64,000 nt of DNA from an uncultured bacterium (GTDB lineage: Bacteria > Verrucomicrobiota > Kiritimatiellia > CAIKKV01 > CALHGX01): NCBI GenBank assembly GCA_938031185.1, contig CALHGX010000009.1, positions 106,837 to 170,836 on the forward strand, given 5' to 3'. Position numbers and translations under genes: made by a program. The first letter of the stretch is position 1. Each line of letters starts with the position of its first letter. Below the pieces are notes generated by a model. It was not told the origin of the DNA. It was given only the letters and a program-made list of their open reading frames with translations, and searched no databases. Below are positions 57,598 through 64,000 of this stretch, piece by piece.

Positions 57598-57989
57598 TGG
57601 CCCACCCTTCTCTCCATGCGGCTGCCGGCATGGCCATCGGCATGGCCATCGGCGGCGTTCGCTGTTGGCAAACCCGCCGGTGCAAACGTTCTTTGGCCCA
57701 TCGCATGGGCGCCTGGTTGCTCTGGTCCTGGGCCGGCGCGTTTTTCGCGCTCATCCCCGGCCTGCTTCGGCTTCTCGGATGGCCGCAAAGCTGGGCCGAA
57801 GGCTGGTGGATGAATATCTTCGTCGGATACCCGCTGCTGAACCAAACGGTTCGGCACGGCGGCGCCCTGATCGGAGGCGCGCTGTTGGGGCTGTGCCTGA
57901 CCCTTCAGTATCTGCTGGTCTTGGCCGCGCTGTTTGGGACCCGTCGTCGCCGTCGGGCTCTCACGACAGCAGCCGGATGTATTCGCTGA
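57597..57989 (+). CDS. Small hypothetical membrane protein (130 aa)
   Basis: Start overlaps the upstream stop (TGATG). 3-4 predicted TM helices. Confidence 0.45.
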   Translation: MAHPSLHAAAGMAIGMAIGGVRCWQTRRCKRSLAHRMGAWLLWSWAGAFFALIPGLLRLLGWPQSWAEGWWMNIFVGYPLLNQTVRHGGALIGGALLGLCLTLQYLLVLAALFGTRRRRRALTTAAGCIR

Positions 57990-59262
57990 CGGTGCGCGCC
58001 AGGGCGCCCCTGCGCGAACGCACCACTTCGTGCGCGCGCGCCCCGTATTCCCAACGGCGAACAGGATCCAGCAGCAGCTCGCGAAGGGCCCCTTCGAGTT
58101 CAGCCGTTGAGCGAACCTGCACAAGCGCTTTGGCCTCAAGAAAATCGCGCTCCACATCGCGAAAATTGTCGAGATGGGGGCCTACCACGATCGGCTTCCC
58201 GAACACGGCCGGCTCGATGATGTTCTGTCCCCCTCGGCAGGTCAGGCTCTTCCCCACAAAGATCACCGTGGCCTTGGCATAGAGATTCCGTAGTTCCCCA
58301 GTGGTGTCCAGCAGCAGCGCGTCCGGAGTTTGGGATGGCGGCTCGCCGGACCGCAATGCGCTGCGCCGCACATACGCAATCCCGCTCCCGCGGAACAACG
58401 CCTCCACCTCGGCCGCTCGTTCGACGTGCCGGGGCGCCAAGACCAGTCTCAAACCGGGCGCCTCCGGCCGCAAGCGTTTAAACGCTTCCAGCAGCGCCGC
58501 CTCTTCGCCGCGCCATGTGGAACCGCCCAGCAGAATGGGATCGGTCGGAGCGAATCCCGCCCTCCTGAAGACGGCTTCCGCATGAGTGGAAGCCTCCGGC
58601 GTATAGCTCACGATGTCATACTTGGCATTGCCCGTCACACACACACGCGCCGGCGGCGCGCCGATCGCCAGCAGGCGTTCGCGGTCCGAGTCTCCCTGCA
58701 CGCAAAACGAATTCATCTCCTCCAGCACCCGTCGAATGAAAAAACGAATGCGGCGGTAGCCGCGAAAAGAGCGATCGGACACCCGCCCGTTCATGAGCCC
58801 CACCATGATGCCCCTGCGGCGCGCCTCCCGAATCAGATTCGGCCAGATCTCGCATTCGGTCAGGACAATCGCAGCCGGCTCGATCACCGACAACACCCGA
58901 CGGACCGACGGCACGAAGTCCACGGGGAAGTAGATCAGCGCATCCTCGGGATGGAGAAAGCCTTCCGCCATCCGGCGCGCGGTGGACGTGGTCACACTGA
59001 GCACAAATGTCCGTTCCGGCTGTCGCAGACGCCATTCCTCCATGAAATGTCGGGCAATCAGCGTTTCTCCCACGCTGACGGCGTGCACCCATATTCGGCT
59101 GCGGCGCCGTCGCAACCGTTCCAGCGTCTGCCGGTCATACAAACCCACGCGCTGCATGAAATGCTGCCGGTACCCGCCGCGGCGCGCCATACGCCAAAGA
59201 AACTTCGGCAGCACCAGCAAATAAGCCGCCGTAAACAGCGCGTTGTATGCCACCCAAATCAT
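57961..59262 (-). CDS. waaA: 3-deoxy-D-manno-octulosonic acid (Kdo) transferase
   Basis: WVHAVSVGETLIARHFMEEW..., LVLAPRHVER, and GGQNIIEPAVFGKPIVVGPHLDNF. Confidence 0.9.
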   Translation of the reverse strand: MIWVAYNALFTAAYLLVLPKFLWRMARRGGYRQHFMQRVGLYDRQTLERLRRRRSRIWVHAVSVGETLIARHFMEEWRLRQPERTFVLSVTTSTARRMAEGFLHPEDALIYFPVDFVPSVRRVLSVIEPAAIVLTECEIWPNLIREARRRGIMVGLMNGRVSDRSFRGYRRIRFFIRRVLEEMNSFCVQGDSDRERLLAIGAPPARVCVTGNAKYDIVSYTPEASTHAEAVFRRAGFAPTDPILLGGSTWRGEEAALLEAFKRLRPEAPGLRLVLAPRHVERAAEVEALFRGSGIAYVRRSALRSGEPPSQTPDALLLDTTGELRNLYAKATVIFVGKSLTCRGGQNIIEPAVFGKPIVVGPHLDNFRDVERDFLEAKALVQVRSTAELEGALRELLLDPVRRWEYGARAHEVVRSRRGALARTVSEYIRLLS

Positions 59263-59284
59263 GACGCCTTTTTGCCTCTCTTTC

Positions 59285-60265
59285 TCACGCCCTCGGATGC
59301 GCCTCCCGGTAAACTCGTCGCAGCTTCTCCACCGTCACATGAGTGTAAATTTGCGTGGTGGAGAGGCTGGCGTGCCCAAGAAGCTCCTGTACGCTGCGTA
59401 AATCCGCTCCGGCATCCAGAAGGTGCGTCGCGAAGGAATGCCTCAACGCATGAGGCGTCATGGCAGAATCCAGGCCCGCCGCCACCAGATAGCGCTTGAG
59501 TCCTCGTTCGATGGATCTCGTGGTCAGACGCTGACCGCGCAAGTTGAGGAAAACCGGCCGGTCCATCGCGCGGCGCCCCGCCGTCGGCCACAACGCGTCG
59601 CGCATGGCCATGGCGTGCGCCAACGCCGAGCAGGCGGGCCGCCCGAGGGGCGCCAATCGTTCCTTCTTCCCCTTGCCACGCAGCCGCGCGACGCCGCTGA
59701 GCAGGTCCACATCCCTGTCCGAAAGTCCTGCCAGCTCAGCCACGCGGGCGCCGGAACTGTATAGCGTCTCAAGTATGGCCCGATCGCGGGCCGCCACATA
59801 CGCGGCACGCTGTGCGTTCGCAGCGCCTCGTCTTTCCGCCTCGTCCCGGACCAGCTTCTCCGGCGCTTCCATGAGCCGGGCAGCCTCCTCCTTGGTCAAC
59901 ACCCGCGGGAGTTTCCGCCCCCGCTTCGGCGCCTTGATGCCGGCAAATGGGTTGACGGAAACCCGTTCTTCCCTCTCCAGGAAACGGTAGAACGAGCGCA
60001 GGCTGGAAAGCTTCCGCCCCGTAGTGGAGGCATCCGCCCCTTCCTGCTGCAACCCGGCCAGAAAACGCCGGGCGGCGTACCGATCCGCATGGCCCCAGGG
60101 AAAAGGCGGTAGCGCATCCACACCCCATGTGCGGCGGACAAACTGCGCCAGATCCGTAAGATAGGCCGCCAGCGTATGCCGGGAAACGTTCTTCTCTTCC
60201 TTCAAGTGGGCGCAAAACTGCGCCACGTCCGGATCGTCTGCCCCGTTCCAAGGCTTCACCTTCAT
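59285..60265 (-). CDS. Tyrosine site-specific recombinase XerC/XerD family
   Basis: N-terminal SAM-like core-binding domain. Catalytic RHSFATHLL, LLGHASLSTTQIYTHV (the Tyr). 326 aa. Confidence 0.9.
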   Translation of the reverse strand: MKVKPWNGADDPDVAQFCAHLKEEKNVSRHTLAAYLTDLAQFVRRTWGVDALPPFPWGHADRYAARRFLAGLQQEGADASTTGRKLSSLRSFYRFLEREERVSVNPFAGIKAPKRGRKLPRVLTKEEAARLMEAPEKLVRDEAERRGAANAQRAAYVAARDRAILETLYSSGARVAELAGLSDRDVDLLSGVARLRGKGKKERLAPLGRPACSALAHAMAMRDALWPTAGRRAMDRPVFLNLRGQRLTTRSIERGLKRYLVAAGLDSAMTPHALRHSFATHLLDAGADLRSVQELLGHASLSTTQIYTHVTVEKLRRVYREAHPRA

Positions 60266-62808
60266 GGCCGATGCTCCACCTCGTCGTGGCTTGGCTTCCC
60301 GTCGCCGTCGTTCCCGGTCTGCCCCTTTTTCGCCCCAACCCCCACCCGGTACTTTCGTGCCATGCGCGCCAATGCCGCGCGTTGACGAGGCGTCAATGAG
60401 CCTTTGCGCGCGAATTGCGATTTCAGCGACTCAAAAAACGCTTTGTCGTCCAGCGTCTTTCCGTTCTTTGAGACCGAGGGCTTCCACTCGCTCACGCCCT
60501 CCAACGCCTCCAGCAGCGGCCCACTCTCCGCATCCTGGCCCACGCTATCCTCCAGTTCCAGCTCGGGCCGTACTCGCTCAAAATCCGGAATATGTTCGGC
60601 ATATTTGAGTACGATCCGGTTGAGCGCATGCTCCTGCGCCGGTGATAAAGCCACGTTTCGCTCCGCCCTCTGCCGCAGGGACTCCACAAACGCCCGATCG
60701 TCATAGGTCCGCCCACGTCGAGTTTGCGCCGGCTCAAAAGCGATGTCCCGCAACAGTTCCAGTTTTCGCATGGTGGACGGCTTTGGGGGAGGGCTCGGCA
60801 GACGAACCGCTTCCGCCTCGAATCCCATCTCGTGCAGCGCCTGCTCCGCCCCCGGAATCTGATCCCGATATTTCCCCACCAGTCTCGCCACCGCCGCCAG
60901 TTGGCGTTCCGAGAGGGGCCGCCGTCCCTCCTCGCACTGCTTGCGAACAGACTCGATAAACCGCTTGTCGCTGTAAATCCGCCGCCCGCGACGCTGTTCC
61001 GGCCCCCACGCCTTGACGGACTCGAGCAGGCCAAGCAAGCGCTTCATCTTTTCGCCGTCCGCCGGGGTCTCGCGCGCAGCGTCCATCCAGCCTGAGAACT
61101 CTCGATAGAACTCCTCCAGCATGGCAGTCCAGTTCACCGTGCCCGTTTCGATGCGGTCGAGCTTTTCCTCCATGCCGGCCGTAAACTTGACGTCGAACAA
61201 CTTCGCCAAATGGGCTGTCAACAGGTCGTTGACCTGAAGTCCAAGATCCGTCGGTTTGAGGACTTTTTTCTCGCGCGTGACATACTCACGGTCGTAGAGG
61301 GTGGACAGAATCTGTGCGTAGGTGCTGGGCCGCCCCACCCCGTCCTCCTCGAGCGCTTTGATCAAAGAAGCTTCATTGTATCGGCTGGGCGGTTGCGTTT
61401 CTTTGCGATCTTCCGTCCATTCCACACATTCCAGCCGCTCCCCGCGTTCGAGCGGTGGCAGGCTGTCCACCACGGGTTCATCGCCTGTCTCGCCTTCTTC
61501 CGCGCTTCGTTTCTCCATGCCGCTCACCTTCATGTACCCCGAAAAAACCACCTGCGAAGCGGAGGCCCGAAAACGATATGCCGCCCCGCCCGCTTGCGCC
61601 GGTACAGCATCCACATCCACCGTTCGCTGCTCGATGCGGGCCGGCGCCATTTGACTGGCCACGAATCGCCGCCAAATCAATGTGTAGAGTTTGAGTTCTT
61701 CCGCGGACAGCGCTTTGGCCACCTCTTCAGGCGTGCGCAGGACCTCGGTCGGGCGAATGGCTTCATGCGCCTCCTGCGCTCCGCCGCGGCTTTTGAAGAC
61801 ATTGGGCTTTTCGGGCAGGTACTCCCGTCCCAACCGCTCCTCGATGAAGGCTCGGACGGCATGCACGGCGTCCTGTGAAACCGCAACGGAATCCGTTCGC
61901 ATGTAGGTGATCAGGCCAACCGGTCCTTCGCCGAAATCTACGCCTTCATACAGCTTTTGCGCGATGCGCATCGTCCGGCTGGGCGTCATTCCCAAGGCTC
62001 TCGACGCCGACTGCTGCAGCGTACTGGTAATGAAGGGCGGAAACGGCCGCCGCTGCACCTCCTTCCTTGTGACGTCCGCCACCACCAACGAACACCCCTC
62101 CAACTCCCGTCGAATTCGTGCCGCTGTTTCCGCATCCCGCACGTCGGCTTTCTCGCCATCTATTCGCGCCAGCCGCAGCAGGAAGGGATCCAGCGGCGGC
62201 GTTTGTTTGCAGGCTTTGGCGCCCAACAACCAGTACGGTTCCGGAACAAAAGCGCGAATGGCCTGTTCCCGCTCGCAAATCAACCGGAGCGCCACCGACT
62301 GCACCCGCCCGGCGCTCAAACCCCTACGGATGCGGCGCCAGAGAAGCGGACTGACCCGATAGCCCACGATCCGATCGAGCACACGTCGCGCCTGCTGGGC
62401 GTCCACCAGCCGCTGATCTATGCGGCCCGGATGGCCGAATGCTTCCCGCACGGCCCGCGGAGTGATTTCGTTGTAGGTCACACGGTGGAATCGCTCGGCG
62501 GGCACCACCTTTTCCAGCAGCTCCTTCAGATGCCACGCTATCGCTTCCCCCTCGCGATCGGGATCAGGCGCCAAATACACTTCAGCGCTGCCCCGCGCCG
62601 CTTCAGTCAATTCGCGAATCACGCGGTCGCGTCCCTTGACGATCTCGTATTTCGGCTCGAATCCGTGTTCGATATCCACGCCAAGCGTCCGCACCGGCAG
62701 GTCGCGCACATGTCCCATGGACGCCTTCACCACGTAGTCACCGCCCAGAATACGATTGATGGTCTTGGCCTTGGCTGGCGACTCGACGATTACCAGTTTC
62801 TTGGTCAT
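60262..62808 (-). CDS. topA: DNA topoisomerase I
   Basis: Internal start MTKKLVIVESPAKAKTINRILG (Toprim). About 848 aa with a C-terminal repeat region. The stop overlaps the xer start. Confidence 0.95.
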   Translation of the reverse strand: MTKKLVIVESPAKAKTINRILGGDYVVKASMGHVRDLPVRTLGVDIEHGFEPKYEIVKGRDRVIRELTEAARGSAEVYLAPDPDREGEAIAWHLKELLEKVVPAERFHRVTYNEITPRAVREAFGHPGRIDQRLVDAQQARRVLDRIVGYRVSPLLWRRIRRGLSAGRVQSVALRLICEREQAIRAFVPEPYWLLGAKACKQTPPLDPFLLRLARIDGEKADVRDAETAARIRRELEGCSLVVADVTRKEVQRRPFPPFITSTLQQSASRALGMTPSRTMRIAQKLYEGVDFGEGPVGLITYMRTDSVAVSQDAVHAVRAFIEERLGREYLPEKPNVFKSRGGAQEAHEAIRPTEVLRTPEEVAKALSAEELKLYTLIWRRFVASQMAPARIEQRTVDVDAVPAQAGGAAYRFRASASQVVFSGYMKVSGMEKRSAEEGETGDEPVVDSLPPLERGERLECVEWTEDRKETQPPSRYNEASLIKALEEDGVGRPSTYAQILSTLYDREYVTREKKVLKPTDLGLQVNDLLTAHLAKLFDVKFTAGMEEKLDRIETGTVNWTAMLEEFYREFSGWMDAARETPADGEKMKRLLGLLESVKAWGPEQRRGRRIYSDKRFIESVRKQCEEGRRPLSERQLAAVARLVGKYRDQIPGAEQALHEMGFEAEAVRLPSPPPKPSTMRKLELLRDIAFEPAQTRRGRTYDDRAFVESLRQRAERNVALSPAQEHALNRIVLKYAEHIPDFERVRPELELEDSVGQDAESGPLLEALEGVSEWKPSVSKNGKTLDDKAFFESLKSQFARKGSLTPRQRAALARMARKYRVGVGAKKGQTGNDGDGKPSHDEVEHRP

Positions 62809-62827
62809 GGTGCCTTGCTCTTCCTCT

Positions 62828-63979
62828 TCACGACTCCGCCTGTGTCGCGCCGCCTTCGGACCGTCCGGCGCGCAGCGCGACACGCCGGCCGGGCAGCATG
62901 CGAACCACTCGTTTCATCTCCAAACCAAGCAGCAGAGCGCTCACGGAGGCGGGCGACAGTCCCGTCTGTCGGATCAGGGCATCCACATCCGCCTCCATTT
63001 CCCGTTCCAAACAGCCCACTATCTTCGCTTCGTCACCGGATAAAGGCGGGCGGGAGCCCTTCGGCCCGGTTGTGCTTCGCGGCGTTGGAATCAACTGGTC
63101 GAACTCCTGCAAAATGTCCTCGACGTCCTCCACCAGACGCGCGCCATCGCGAAGCAGCCGATGCGGCCCCTTTGAGCCGGGTGCATCCACCCGGCCGGGC
63201 ACGGCAAAAACGGTTCGCCCTTCCTCCGTCGCCACCTGCGCGGTGATCATGGCGCCGCTGGTCAACCCGGCCTCCACCACCACAACCCCCATCGAAAGGC
63301 CGGCCACTATGCGATTTCTTACAGGAAAAGTCGTCTTGTCCGGCTGTCGTCCAAATGGGTACTCCGTCAGCACCGCCCCTTGGCGACTGATCGCCTCGGC
63401 CAAATCGCGGTTCTCCGGTGGAAAGAGACAGTCCAAACCACCACCCAGCACAGCGAGCGTCCGTCCCCCCGCCTTCAACGCGCCCCGGTGTGCGGCCGTG
63501 TCAATGCCGCGAGCCAGGCCGCTAACCACCGTAAATCCGCTTTGCGCCAGTTGAAATGCCAGCCGTTCAGCGGTTTCCATCCCGTAGTGAGTCGTGCGCC
63601 GGGACCCGACCACCGCCACGGCGCGGTCATCTCTGCTCTCAATCTTGCCCCAAACGTAAAGTGCCATGGGTGGATCGTGAATTCCCGCTAATCGCCGCGG
63701 ATACGCCGCGTCCACCGGCGTGAGCAGCGTAGCGCCCGCTCGTTCCGCTCTCTCGCATTCCCCAACGGGATCCGCTTGGCCCCGTAAAGCGGCGATCCGG
63801 CGGACCACATCCATCGCCAAGCCGGGCGTGGTTAGGATCTCTTCCTCCAGAGCGTCAAAAATCCGTTCCGGACAACCGAGTCGCTCCGTCAATGCACGAA
63901 CGGTCGCCGGCCCAACCCCGCGCATGGCGTTGAGCGCAATATAGGCTTCCCTGGTGTTCATGGCTTGCGGAACGAACAA
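62828..63979 (-). CDS. dprA: DNA processing protein DprA (Smf)
   Basis: Rossmann-like DprA core (AVVGSRRTTHYG...VVSGLARGIDTAAHRGAL...) and a C-terminal winged-helix. Confidence 0.85.
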   Translation of the reverse strand: MFVPQAMNTREAYIALNAMRGVGPATVRALTERLGCPERIFDALEEEILTTPGLAMDVVRRIAALRGQADPVGECERAERAGATLLTPVDAAYPRRLAGIHDPPMALYVWGKIESRDDRAVAVVGSRRTTHYGMETAERLAFQLAQSGFTVVSGLARGIDTAAHRGALKAGGRTLAVLGGGLDCLFPPENRDLAEAISRQGAVLTEYPFGRQPDKTTFPVRNRIVAGLSMGVVVVEAGLTSGAMITAQVATEEGRTVFAVPGRVDAPGSKGPHRLLRDGARLVEDVEDILQEFDQLIPTPRSTTGPKGSRPPLSGDEAKIVGCLEREMEADVDALIRQTGLSPASVSALLLGLEMKRVVRMLPGRRVALRAGRSEGGATQAES

Positions 63980-64000
63980 AAAGGAGTGCGGTTGATAACA

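Noticed and set aside
1-64000. Search for mobile elements, integrases or prophage content around xerC/D
   Set aside because: The only recombinase is a XerC/D-type protein in the conserved topA/dprA neighbourhood. There are no transposase, phage structural genes or flanking direct repeats.

Overview
High-GC (~65%) bacterial chromosomal segment, gene-dense, with almost no non-coding space. It is mostly conserved housekeeping genes. A translation cluster thrS-infC-rpmI-rplT-pheS-pheT lies on the minus strand, with prfA and rpmE at the left edge. Further along are prfB (carrying the canonical +1 programmed frameshift), lnt, secA, the TCA genes icd and aconitase, and topA-xerC/D-dprA, together with queA, mtnA, hisA, gmk, coaC and uvsE. 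Several accessory islands are interspersed. (1) A translationally coupled operon SDR -> ALS-like TPP-dependent enzyme -> two cobalamin-binding (class B) radical SAM enzymes at 8.5-14.1 kb, which is the most likely candidate for an undescribed small-molecule modification system. (2) A 1201-aa Hanks-type Ser/Thr kinase with a transmembrane segment, a long coiled-coil and about 15 C-terminal leucine-rich repeats. (3) A 743-aa protein whose C-terminus is a GreA/GreB-like domain. (4) A third B12-radical SAM enzyme flanked by two small Cys-rich ORFs. (5) A glycan/LPS block at 46-59 kb: a split OafA-like AT3 plus SGNH esterase, a GT4 coupled to a sucrose-phosphorylase-like GH13 enzyme, a second GT4, rmlBAC, an O-antigen-ligase/TPR protein, two small membrane proteins and waaA. 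No rRNA, tRNA, CRISPR array or transposase was recognised. Every call is made from reading the translations by eye, and no database search was possible.
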